This document shows, piece by piece, positions 8,406-17,314 of a stretch of 64,000 bases of DNA. Both the position numbers and the translations under genes were made by a program. Positions within the stretch are counted from its first letter, which is position 1. Each line of letters begins with the position of its first letter. This stretch comes from Candidatus Gilichinskyi gelida (GTDB lineage Bacteria > Acidobacteriota > Thermoanaerobaculia > Gp7-AA8). The stretch spans positions 288,858 through 352,857 of the forward strand of contig JBBPII010000005.1 in the NCBI GenBank assembly GCA_038040385.1. Reading direction: 5' to 3'. The notes beneath the pieces are model-generated. The model did not search any database and was not told where the DNA came from. It saw only the letters and a list, made by a program, of their open reading frames with translations.

Positions 8406-9389
8406 CTACTCCGCTGCGAGCTGCGAGCCGCGCGCGGCGAGCTCCTCCCACTTCGTGTGCGGCTTGCGGTTCAGCACGACGTACTGCCAGACCAGTTCGC
8501 CGTAGCCGTGCGCGGCGATGCCGCGCTTTTCGTAGAAGGGCATCAGCAGCTTCTGCAGGCGCGGGAGGTTGTAGAACGGCACGCCGGGGAAGTAGTGGTG
8601 CTCGAGGTGGTAATTCGAGAAGAGGTAGGCGGCGTCCCAGAACCAGGAGCCCTTCATCAGCGTCGACCAGTTCGCGGGATCGGCGGGGTCGATGTCGTAG
8701 TGCTGCCCGATACGGTTGACGGCGAAGGCGACCGGGAAGATGAAGAAGACCGGGACGATGTAGAGCTTCCAGGCCAGGAACCAGCCGCCGGCGTACGCGA
8801 TGGCGGCCAGGATGACGAGCTGGATGACGATGGTCGCCCAGCGCTCGAACGCGATGCGGCGCTGCAGCTCCGGCTCGTACGTCGACGTCTCCCGTTTCGC
8901 CGCGCGGAAGTAGATGGGGAACAGCGCGGGCGTGAAATAGAGCGCCTTGAACCAGCGTGCGTTGCGCTTGGGGGAGAGGTGGTGGCGCTTCGGATCGTCT
9001 TCGTACGATCCGAGATTGGCGTGATGGTCGAGGTGCCAGCGGGTGAACTGCGACGCCGCCATCCCGCTCGGCGTGGCGTAGAGCAGTCCGAGGATGCGGT
9101 AGGCGCGCTCGCTGGACTGCGTCAGCACCGCGCGGTGCACGACTTCGTGCAGCAGCACGCTGAAGTTGAATACCGCAAACCCCGCGACGACCGCGAACGG
9201 CAGCCAGAGGTACCAGTGGTCGAAGTGCGCGATGGCGACGCCCGACAGCACCAACGCCGCGACGTTCGCAAACGCCACCAGCGCATGCAGCAGCGGCCGC
9301 TTCTCGTGCAGACGGCGCAGCTCATCTGTTGGGATCTCGGCGGCAAGATCCCGCTTGAGCTGGCGTGCGTGGTCGTCGTAAAAAGCCAT
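8406..9389 (-). CDS. membrane fatty acid desaturase
   Basis: Three His boxes (HEVVHR, HLDHH, HLEHH) and multiple TM segments. Confidence 0.85.
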   Translation of the reverse strand: MAFYDDHARQLKRDLAAEIPTDELRRLHEKRPLLHALVAFANVAALVLSGVAIAHFDHWYLWLPFAVVAGFAVFNFSVLLHEVVHRAVLTQSSERAYRILGLLYATPSGMAASQFTRWHLDHHANLGSYEDDPKRHHLSPKRNARWFKALYFTPALFPIYFRAAKRETSTYEPELQRRIAFERWATIVIQLVILAAIAYAGGWFLAWKLYIVPVFFIFPVAFAVNRIGQHYDIDPADPANWSTLMKGSWFWDAAYLFSNYHLEHHYFPGVPFYNLPRLQKLLMPFYEKRGIAAHGYGELVWQYVVLNRKPHTKWEELAARGSQLAAE

Positions 9390-9426
9390 CGGTCAACTTT
9401 CAACGGCCAACGGCGAACGATTATTC

Positions 9427-9954
9427 ATGCGCATCTACACTATCGGCCACTCCACCCGCCCTCTCGAAGAACTGATCGCCCTCCTCCGCGAGCACGGCAT
9501 CGCGCGGCTCGCGGACATCCGCCGCTATCCCGGCTCGCGCCGCTATCCGCACTTCTCGCGCGACGCGCTGGTGGTCTCGCTGCCAGAGCACAGCATCGAA
9601 TACGTCCATGTGCCTGAGCTCGGCGGGCGCCGCAAGCCGGCGGACCACTCGCCGAACACCGCCTTGCGCAACGAGCAGTTCCGCGCGTACGCCGACCACA
9701 TGGCCACCGATGAGTTCCGCGCCGCCGTCGACGCCCTGCTGGCCTTCGACGGTCGCGCCGCCGTCATGTGCGCCGAGGCCGTACCGTGGCGCTGTCACCG
9801 CAACCTCTTGTCGGATGAGCTCTTGCGACGCGGCGTGGACGTTCTGCACATCATCGGACGCGGCGAGGCAAAGCATCACGAGATGAGCCCGCTGGCGCGC
9901 GTCGAGGGCGATCACCTCGTCTACCCGGCCGGGCAGTCGGCGCTGCCGCTATAA
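9427..9954 (+). CDS. DUF488 domain protein
   Basis: MRIYTIGHSTRPLEELIALLREHGIARLADIRRYPGSRRYPHF... is the typical DUF488 N-terminus. Confidence 0.7.
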   Translation: MRIYTIGHSTRPLEELIALLREHGIARLADIRRYPGSRRYPHFSRDALVVSLPEHSIEYVHVPELGGRRKPADHSPNTALRNEQFRAYADHMATDEFRAAVDALLAFDGRAAVMCAEAVPWRCHRNLLSDELLRRGVDVLHIIGRGEAKHHEMSPLARVEGDHLVYPAGQSALPL

Positions 9955-9973
9955 TTATTTCTTCAGCCATCAA

Positions 9974-11956
9974 ATGACCGACCGAGACCTCGTCCTCGCC
10001 GTCGACGACAACGAGCACAACCTTCAACTCCTCGAGGAATACCTCGGCACATGGGGCTACGACGTCGTCTTCGCCCGCGACGGCGCCGAGGCGCTGCAGC
10101 TCTATCCGCGCGTGAACCCGTCGATCATCGTCCTCGACGTGATGATGCCGGTGATGGACGGCTACGACGCCTGCGCCCGCATCAAGGAGCAGCCGGGCGG
10201 GCGGGCCATCCCCATCCTCATGCTGACGGCGCTCACGGACGCGGAGGACAAGATCCGGGCGCTGGAGTGCGGCGCCGACGACTTCCTCAACAAGCCGATC
10301 AACAAAGATGAGCTGCGGACGCGCATCCGCTCGCTGATCAAGATCCGCAACCTGCGCAAGCAGCTCGACTCCAGCGAGAACATCATCCTCACCCTCAACT
10401 TTGCGCTGGAGAACAAGGACCCGCGGAGCGGCGGGCATGTGCAGCGCGTGGCGGCGTATGCGGCGCGGCTGTGCGACAAGCTCGGCATGACCGCCTCGGA
10501 AAAAGAGATCGTGGTCAAAGGGGCGCTGCTGCACGACGTCGGCATGATCGGCGTCCCCGATCACCTCCTCGGCAAACTGGGCCTGACGGACGACGAGCGC
10601 GCCCGCATGGCCGACCACGCGCGGATGGGCGCGTCGATCCTCGAGCCGATGAAGACCTTCCGACGCTTCGTGCCGATCGTCCGCTGGCACCACGAGCGGT
10701 ACGATGGGCGCGGTTTCCCCGACGGCCTGCGCGGCGACGCCATCCCGCTCGAAGCGCAGGTGGTGGCGCTCGCCAATCGCTTCGACGAGATCCGCCACGA
10801 CGAGAACCTTCTCGAGCAGGACGCCGTCGCCCGGTTGACCGAAGAGGCGAACGGCGGCGCATTCGACCGCGAGCTGCTCGAGCTGTTCGTCTCCTCGCTC
10901 GACGAGAACGCGCCCGCGGCGGTGACCGTCCGCCACATCGGGATCAAGGAGTCGCCAGCACCGAGCGTGCTCTGCGTCGACGACGTCGACCGCAATCGCG
11001 AGCTGATCGCTTCCATCCTGGCCATGGAAGGGTTCCACGTCACGCATGCCGCCAACGGCCGCGAGGCGATGGACGTCATCGGCCGCGACGGCATCGACAT
11101 CGTGCTGCTCGATCTGATGATGCCGGTGCAGAACGGCACGGAGACGTTGCGGCTCCTGCGCGGCGACCGGCGCTACGAGTTCCTGCCGGTGATCGTGCTG
11201 ACCTCCGAGCGCGGCGGCGCGCTGCGGCAGGAGGCGATCGTGGCCGGTGCGGACGACTTCATCGGCTATCCGGTGCACCGCGTCGAGCTGATCGCGCGCA
11301 TTCGCTCGCTGTTGCGCATCAAGGACTATCACGCCGATCTGGAACAGGAGCAGAACGTCATCTGCGCACTGGCATTGGCCCTCGAGGCGAAGGACCGCTA
11401 CACGCGCGGGCACTCGCAGCGCGTCGGCGATCTCGCGCGCACCTTCGCCCTTCACCTCGGATGCGACGCCGCGGCCGCCGACCGGATGCGCACCGCCGGC
11501 CTGCTGCACGACATCGGCAAGATCGCCGTGCCCGAGGCGTTGCTCAACAAACATGGACCGCTGACCAAGCAGGAGTTCCTGCGGGTGATCGATCATCCCG
11601 TGGTGGGCGAAGAGATGGTGCGCCCGCTGATGACGCTCGGCGGCGTGCTGGGCATGATCCGCCACCATCACGAGCGCTACGACGGCCGCGGCTACCCCGA
11701 CGGCCTGCGCGGCGACGCCATCCCGTTCGAAGTCCGCCTGCTGTCGATCGTCGACGCCTACGACGCCCTCACCTCCCACCGCGCCTACCGCCCCTCCCCC
11801 CTCACGCACACCGCCGCACTACAGACGCTCCGCCGCGAAGCCGCCGGCGGCAAGTGGGATCCGAACCTGGTCGAGCGATTCACGGCAATGCTCGGCGCGC
11901 ACGAGCCGGATTGGCGGGCGATCACCGTCCCCGTTCCGACGCTGTTCAGTGCGTAG
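9974..11956 (+). CDS. response regulator with two tandem REC/HD-GYP units (c-di-GMP phosphodiesterase class)
   Basis: REC1 (LAVDDNEHN...VLDVMMPVMDGY) then HD-GYP1 (HDVGMIGV...HHERYDGRGFPDGL); REC2 (VLCVDDVDRN...LLDLMMPVQNG) then HD-GYP2 (HDIGKIAV...HHERYDGRGYPDGL). Confidence 0.85.
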   Translation: MTDRDLVLAVDDNEHNLQLLEEYLGTWGYDVVFARDGAEALQLYPRVNPSIIVLDVMMPVMDGYDACARIKEQPGGRAIPILMLTALTDAEDKIRALECGADDFLNKPINKDELRTRIRSLIKIRNLRKQLDSSENIILTLNFALENKDPRSGGHVQRVAAYAARLCDKLGMTASEKEIVVKGALLHDVGMIGVPDHLLGKLGLTDDERARMADHARMGASILEPMKTFRRFVPIVRWHHERYDGRGFPDGLRGDAIPLEAQVVALANRFDEIRHDENLLEQDAVARLTEEANGGAFDRELLELFVSSLDENAPAAVTVRHIGIKESPAPSVLCVDDVDRNRELIASILAMEGFHVTHAANGREAMDVIGRDGIDIVLLDLMMPVQNGTETLRLLRGDRRYEFLPVIVLTSERGGALRQEAIVAGADDFIGYPVHRVELIARIRSLLRIKDYHADLEQEQNVICALALALEAKDRYTRGHSQRVGDLARTFALHLGCDAAAADRMRTAGLLHDIGKIAVPEALLNKHGPLTKQEFLRVIDHPVVGEEMVRPLMTLGGVLGMIRHHHERYDGRGYPDGLRGDAIPFEVRLLSIVDAYDALTSHRAYRPSPLTHTAALQTLRREAAGGKWDPNLVERFTAMLGAHEPDWRAITVPVPTLFSA

Positions 11957-11963
11957 GGGCGCC

Positions 11964-12069
11964 GTGTCATCCTGAGCCGGCGCAGCGCGGCGAAGGATCT
12001 CCCGCCTACGGAGCGATCCCCGCCCAGTTGCGGGGGATCCTTCGCCGTCTTCGCGGCTCAGGATGACAC
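11964..12069. repeat. repeat family A palindromic element (REP-like), copy A1
   Basis: GTGTCATCCTGAGCC...CGAAGGATC // GATCCTTCGCC...GGCTCAGGATGACAC, a long inverted repeat between the HD-GYP regulator and ribF. Confidence 0.7.
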
Positions 12070-12088
12070 AGGTTATATTCGCCCGCCG

Positions 12089-13042
12089 ATGCTGGTCCTG
12101 CACGATCCCCTGCGCCAGACCGACCTCCCGCGCGGCTGCGTGGCCACCATCGGCAACTTCGACGGCATGCACATCGGCCATCAGGCCATCGTGCGCGGCA
12201 TCGTCGAGCGTGCGCGCGAGCTGGGGCGGCCTTCGGCGGTGATTACCTTCGATCCGCACCCGCTGTCGGTCGTCGCGCCCGACCGCATCCCCAAACAGAT
12301 CCTCACCCTTTCCCAGAAAGAGGAGCTGCTGCGGGAGATGGCAGTCGACGCCTTGCTGGTCGTCCCCTTCACCCCCGAGTTCTCGCGATGGACGGCCGAT
12401 CGCTTCATCGACGAGTTCCTGGTCGGCGCGCTGCGGGTGGCGGAGGTGCGCATCGGCCGCGACTTCTGCTTCGGCGCCGGACGCGAAGGCAACCTCGCGC
12501 GCCTGGAGGCCGCAGGAAAGCGTTGCGGCTTCGAGGTCCGCGGCATCGACGACGTGCGTATCCGCGGCATCCGGGTCTCCAGCTCCATCGTCCGCGACGC
12601 CATCACCAAGGGCGCCATCCGCGCCGCGAACCTCGCGCTGGGGCGCACCTACTTCATCGACGGCCGCGTGGCCACCGGCCGCCGGCTCGGTCGGAAGATC
12701 GGCTTTCCCACCGTGAACGTCGATCCGTCGAACGAGCTCTTCCCCGGCGGCGGGGTCTACATCACCACCTCCCGCTTCGAGAGTTTCGAACGGTCGTTCG
12801 AGAGCGTGACCAACATCGGCGTTCGTCCCACGCTGTACGAGAACTACGCGACCACCATCGAGAGCCACATCCTCGACTTCGACTCGAACGTCTACGAGGA
12901 GACCGTGCGCGTCTATTTTCACGAGCTGTTGCGGCGCGAGCAGCAATTCCGGTCGGCGCTGGAGCTGACCAATCAGATCCGCACTGACATCGAGACGGCG
13001 CGAAAGTTCTTTCTGCGGAATCCAATCCGGTCGTCATCCTGA
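12089..13042 (+). CDS. ribF: bifunctional riboflavin kinase / FMN adenylyltransferase
   Basis: IGNFDGMHIGHQ nucleotidyltransferase motif plus a C-terminal riboflavin kinase domain; 317 aa. Confidence 0.9.
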   Translation: MLVLHDPLRQTDLPRGCVATIGNFDGMHIGHQAIVRGIVERARELGRPSAVITFDPHPLSVVAPDRIPKQILTLSQKEELLREMAVDALLVVPFTPEFSRWTADRFIDEFLVGALRVAEVRIGRDFCFGAGREGNLARLEAAGKRCGFEVRGIDDVRIRGIRVSSSIVRDAITKGAIRAANLALGRTYFIDGRVATGRRLGRKIGFPTVNVDPSNELFPGGGVYITTSRFESFERSFESVTNIGVRPTLYENYATTIESHILDFDSNVYEETVRVYFHELLRREQQFRSALELTNQIRTDIETARKFFLRNPIRSSS

Positions 13043-13130
13043 GCCGCGCAGACGGCGAAGGATCTCAGCGTGCGCGAGACGCGGCATTCTGAGATCCTTC
13101 CCCTTCGCTTCGCTCAGGGTCAGGATGACG
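13031..13130. repeat. repeat family A palindromic element, copy A2
   Basis: GTCGTCATCCTGAGCC...GAAGGATC // GATCCTTCCCCTTCGCTTCGCTCAGGGTCAGGATGAC. The ribF stop TGA lies in the left arm (TCATCCTGA). The ATG of the downstream gene (13125) lies in the right arm (CAGGATGAC). Confidence 0.7.
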
Positions 13131-13961
13131 GACATTCTCTACACACCGACCACCCTCCTCGCCTTCCTCGCCGTCCTGGCACTGGTCCACTTCTTCAAGA
13201 CCCTCGATGCCGACCTGTGGCACGCCTGGCGGAATCCCTTCGCCGCGGGCCTGGTGATCGGCATCGCCCTGCGGCTGCTGCACCTGCCGCATCCGATCGC
13301 CTTCGGCCTGCTGCTGACGTTCGCGGCGGTGTACGCGCGGCACACCGGCCGCGAAAGCGAGGCCATCGACGGGATGCTGATCGGCGCGGCGATGGGTGCC
13401 GCGGCGGCGCTGCCGTTCGCCGAGCCCCACATCGCCGCGATGGCCATCCTGGCGGGAGCGGTGGCGGGGTACGGCATCACCTTCGCCGCGTTCCACGTCG
13501 CAGAACGGCGGCGGCAGCTCGTGATCGACGCCGTCACCGCGATCGCCGCCGTCGGCGTCGCCTATTTGCCGCCGCTCGTGGGCGGGCGCCACCGCGTCGT
13601 GCTCATCGTCGTGGCCGCCGCCGTGCCGCTGTTCATCGTGGCCGCCGTCTTCAGCCAGTGGCCCGACGTGCGCGCCGAGCTGCGCCACGAGGCGTCGCTG
13701 GGCTTCATGACCGACGCCGACGTCCGCCCCACCGCCCACCCCCTTCTCCGCCTGGGCGGCGGCGGGTGGGCCGACAAGCGCGCCCACCGCGAATTCGTCC
13801 GCCTGGCGAACAAGATCGCCCTGCGCAAGCGCCAGCAGCGCGACCGCACCGACGAAATGGCGCGCCTCTACCAGCTCGAGATCATCAAACTGCGCATGCA
13901 GATCCAGGAGATGAGCAAGATCGACCGCGACGTGTCAGATACAATGACCGGCAAGACATGA
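13125..13961 (+). CDS. polytopic membrane protein, unknown function
   Basis: 278 aa, about 6 TM helices plus a charged C-terminal tail; its stop overlaps the lptD start (ATGA). Confidence 0.45.
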   Translation: MTDILYTPTTLLAFLAVLALVHFFKTLDADLWHAWRNPFAAGLVIGIALRLLHLPHPIAFGLLLTFAAVYARHTGRESEAIDGMLIGAAMGAAAALPFAEPHIAAMAILAGAVAGYGITFAAFHVAERRRQLVIDAVTAIAAVGVAYLPPLVGGRHRVVLIVVAAAVPLFIVAAVFSQWPDVRAELRHEASLGFMTDADVRPTAHPLLRLGGGGWADKRAHREFVRLANKIALRKRQQRDRTDEMARLYQLEIIKLRMQIQEMSKIDRDVSDTMTGKT

Positions 13962-16249
13962 CGAGGCCTCTTCTCGCCGGGTTTCTCCTCTCCCTCATCT
14001 CCACCACACTCTTTGCCCAAGGGAAGGACATGGGTCCGGCGGGGCAGTACTACGGCCAGCCGAAGAAGCTCGGCGCGAAGTTCCAATTCGCTCCCGGACC
14101 GAAAGAGGGCGGCTGCAAGGAAGTCGAATGGGGGACGGACCCGGCCGGCCGCACGGAATTCGTCCGCGACGAGTACGTAATCCTCGAGCGCGCCGTCTAC
14201 CTCAAGTGCCAGGACATCAAGCTCACCGCGGACAAGGCGACGTACAACTTCAAGACCCACGACGCCGTGGCCGAGGGGCACGTGGTGATCGATCAGGGAC
14301 CGGTGCGGCTCACCGGCGACCGCGCCGTCTTCAACCTCGACTCCAAGACCGGCACGCTCTTCAACGCCACCGGCGCCATGGCGCCGGACATGTACTTCAC
14401 CGGCGAGAAGATCGAGAAGACCGGCGACCAGAGCTACCGGCTGGTCAACGGAATCATGACCTCCTGCGACATCGACCGCCCGTCGTGGTCGTTCCACCTG
14501 GCCAGCGCCGACATCACCCTCGACGACTACGCGCACATGCGCGGCGTCAGCTTCCGCGCCCACGACATCCCGCTGCTCTACACCCCGCGGCTGGTGTGGC
14601 CGACCAAGCGCGACCGCTCGCGCGGCTTCCTGCTGCCACGCATCAACTTCAGCGACACCTTCGGCACCCGTCTGGAGACCGCCTACTTCATGCCATTCGG
14701 CGACTCAGTCGATGCCACCGCGTCCCTCGACTTGAGCGAGAAGAGCTATAACGGCGGCGGCGTCAACGTCCGTTACCGCCCGTCGGAGAACGTCACGCAG
14801 GGCGATTTCGACGCCTACACGGTCCACGACGTCGAAGCGGACGCGCAGCAGTGGAAGTACTCCTACCGCCACGCGCAGGACAACCTTCCGGGCGGCTTCC
14901 GCGCCGTCGTCGACATCGAAGACTTCTCCAACCTCGACTTCTTCCGCCGCTTCTCCCGCGACGCGCGCCTGCACACCCTGTCGCAGATCTACTCCTCGGC
15001 GTACTTGACCAAGAACCAGCCGACGTACTCGCTGAACATCCTCGCCGACCGCCGCGACATCGTCAGCTTCGCCTCCATCGATCCGAAGGAGCCGCCCGAC
15101 CGGCAGCGCTTCGAGCAGTTCCCGTCGCTGCAGTTCCGCACCTACCCGAACCGCATCGCCAACACTCCGCTCTACTTCTCGCTGGAGTCGTCGGCGTCGC
15201 ATCTGCGCACCAGCGGCCTGATCACCGGCCCCGAGGCGAATTACTACCGCGCCGACATCTTCCCCACCCTGTCGCTGCAGTTGCGCACGCCGTCGTGGCT
15301 GTCGATCCGGCCGCAGATCTCCGCCCGTCAGACGTACTACTCCGCGAGCCTCGACGAGGCCTCGGCGAACAACCCGTTCGGCTCGAACCTCGTCGCCGTC
15401 GACGAGGCGGTGCGCCGCTTCTACGCCCAGGGGCAGGTGGAAGTGGTCGGCCCGTCGTTCTCCAAGATCTTCAACCGCGCCGTGGGCGGCTTCGCCCGCT
15501 TCAAGCACGTGATCGAGCCGCGGGTCCGCTACCTCTACACCACCGAGGTCAACGATCAGAACCGCATCATCCGCTTCGACACCGTGGACACGCCGTTCCT
15601 GCCGATCGTCCGGCACTCGGTGGAGTACTCGCTGACGCAGCGCCTGATCGGCCGCGAGCAGGGGCCGAACGCCTCCGCGCGTGAGGTGCTCTCGTTCTCC
15701 GTCCGCCAGTCGGTGGCCCTCGGCAACGAATTCACCAACGCCACCGGCGGCAATCTGCCGGGCACCGTTCCGCCGGGGCAGGAGAACAAGTTCACGCCGC
15801 TGACGGCCAGCCTGCACGCCAACCCATACCAGTCGATCACCTTCGACGCCAGCGCGACGTACGGCAACGTGTCGCATCAGTTCGATCAAACCAGCATCTC
15901 CGCCAACCTCCTCGGCACCGGCAAGCGCGCCGACAAGTACCTCTCCTTCACCTACTTCGCGTCGTACAAGCAGCCCGGTCAGACCTTCGACGGCAGCTCC
16001 AGCCAGATCCGCCTCAACACCGGCTCGTCGCTGCTGCGCGACCGCATCCGCGCCGACGTGCAGCTCAACTACGACGCGAAGAAAGGGAAGTTCCTCGAGC
16101 AGCGCTACCTCGTCGGCGGCACCGCGTCGTGCTATGGCATCGCGTTCGAGTTCCGCCGCTACCTCGTCTTCATCCCCCAAGAGGATGTGGAAAACAGCTT
16201 CGGGATCTCGGTCTCGTTGAAGAACGTCGGCACCTTCGGCACGAACTGA
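13958..16249 (+). CDS. lptD: LPS-assembly protein LptD (OstA family)
   Basis: Signal peptide, then an OstA/LptA-like N-terminal domain (LTADKATYNFKTHDAVAEGHVVIDQGPVRLTGDRAVFNLDSKTG), then a long beta-barrel region that is aromatic-rich at its C-terminus. Confidence 0.7.
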   Translation: MTRPLLAGFLLSLISTTLFAQGKDMGPAGQYYGQPKKLGAKFQFAPGPKEGGCKEVEWGTDPAGRTEFVRDEYVILERAVYLKCQDIKLTADKATYNFKTHDAVAEGHVVIDQGPVRLTGDRAVFNLDSKTGTLFNATGAMAPDMYFTGEKIEKTGDQSYRLVNGIMTSCDIDRPSWSFHLASADITLDDYAHMRGVSFRAHDIPLLYTPRLVWPTKRDRSRGFLLPRINFSDTFGTRLETAYFMPFGDSVDATASLDLSEKSYNGGGVNVRYRPSENVTQGDFDAYTVHDVEADAQQWKYSYRHAQDNLPGGFRAVVDIEDFSNLDFFRRFSRDARLHTLSQIYSSAYLTKNQPTYSLNILADRRDIVSFASIDPKEPPDRQRFEQFPSLQFRTYPNRIANTPLYFSLESSASHLRTSGLITGPEANYYRADIFPTLSLQLRTPSWLSIRPQISARQTYYSASLDEASANNPFGSNLVAVDEAVRRFYAQGQVEVVGPSFSKIFNRAVGGFARFKHVIEPRVRYLYTTEVNDQNRIIRFDTVDTPFLPIVRHSVEYSLTQRLIGREQGPNASAREVLSFSVRQSVALGNEFTNATGGNLPGTVPPGQENKFTPLTASLHANPYQSITFDASATYGNVSHQFDQTSISANLLGTGKRADKYLSFTYFASYKQPGQTFDGSSSQIRLNTGSSLLRDRIRADVQLNYDAKKGKFLEQRYLVGGTASCYGIAFEFRRYLVFIPQEDVENSFGISVSLKNVGTFGTN

Positions 16250-16620
16250 TGCGACGTGCCGCGGCGCTCGCTCTCCTCCTCGTCCTCGCCTGCCGCGGCG
16301 AACACCACGATCATCGCAAGGCGCGCGAGGCGGCGCTGGCGCACAACCTCTTCGAAATGCGCAAGGCCATCGCCGATTTCCGCGCTGACAAGGGCCGCGG
16401 CCCGCACTCGCTCAGCGAATTGAAGACCGCCCACTACCTGCGCGACATCCCGGCAGACTCCATCACCGGCTCGCGCATCTGGCGCGTGACCACCGAGGAG
16501 GCGGTGCGCAACGACGACTTCGTCAGCGGCGCCGCGCCGAAGCCGGACCCGGAAGTGGTCGACGTTCACAGCCGGGCGGTGGGGAGGGATTCGGCGGGGA
16601 AGCTGTACGCTGACTATTGA
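16249..16620 (+). CDS. secreted/lipoprotein with a GspG-like pseudopilin C-terminal fold but no prepilin leader
   Basis: MRRAAALALLLVLAC... then ...AHNLFEMRKAIADFRADKGRGPHSLSEL...YLRDIPADSITG, which resembles the T2SS GspG / type IV pilin globular domain; start overlaps the lptD stop (TGATG). Confidence 0.35.
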   Translation: MRRAAALALLLVLACRGEHHDHRKAREAALAHNLFEMRKAIADFRADKGRGPHSLSELKTAHYLRDIPADSITGSRIWRVTTEEAVRNDDFVSGAAPKPDPEVVDVHSRAVGRDSAGKLYADY

Positions 16621-16624
16621 CCCC

Positions 16625-17314
16625 ATGTCGAACGTCTATACCTTCAAAGACTTCGAGGGCAGTTCCCATCGGATTCTGATCGATCTGATCGGCCGCTATT
16701 CGTCGCGCGGCGGAACGCTACTCGACCTCGGTGCGGCCGGTGGCGAGCTCGGGGAGGCCGTTCGCGGGCAGTTCGACCGCACCATCGGTTTCGAGTTCGA
16801 CGCCGAGCGCATCGGCGACCTGTACGGGAGGTTTGACAGCGTGGTCATCGCCGACCTGGAGACGGTGAAGACGCTGCCGTCGAACGTGCGCGCCGTCGTC
16901 CTCGCCGACATCGTCGAGCACCTGCGCGACTCGACCGGGCTGCTCCGCTGCGTGCACGACGTCCTCGCGGCAGATGGGAAGCTCTTCATCTCCGTACCGA
17001 ACATCGCCAACATCACCGTGCGCCTCGGCCTGCTGTTCGGCATCTTCGAGTACCGCGACCGCGGCATCCTCGACTACACGCACCTCCGCTTCTTCACCAT
17101 GCGCACCATCCGGCGGGAGATCGAGAACGCCGGTTTCCGTATCGTCGCCGTCCGCGGATCGTCGGTCCCCATCCGGCTGATCATCGGGCGCTGGATGCCC
17201 GGTCCGCTGCTCCGCCTCGGCGAGCGGATGCTGACCTGGATCACGCGCGTCTGGCGGTCGCTGTTCGCCTACCAGATCATCATCGTCGCTTCGCCTCGAG
17301 AATCGACGCGATGA
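16625..17314 (+). CDS. class I SAM-dependent methyltransferase
   Basis: Motif I LLDLGAAGGELGEAV; Rossmann-fold methyltransferase layout. Confidence 0.7.
   Translation: MSNVYTFKDFEGSSHRILIDLIGRYSSRGGTLLDLGAAGGELGEAVRGQFDRTIGFEFDAERIGDLYGRFDSVVIADLETVKTLPSNVRAVVLADIVEHLRDSTGLLRCVHDVLAADGKLFISVPNIANITVRLGLLFGIFEYRDRGILDYTHLRFFTMRTIRREIENAGFRIVAVRGSSVPIRLIIGRWMPGPLLRLGERMLTWITRVWRSLFAYQIIIVASPRESTR

Noticed and set aside
9851-11809. 652-aa antisense ORF across the HD-GYP regulator gene
   Set aside because: No domain signatures and extreme Arg/Ala/Gly bias; the sense strand encodes conserved REC and HD-GYP motifs
14705-16180. 491-aa antisense ORF inside lptD
   Set aside because: GC-frame artefact; lptD on the plus strand has a signal peptide, OstA domain and beta-barrel
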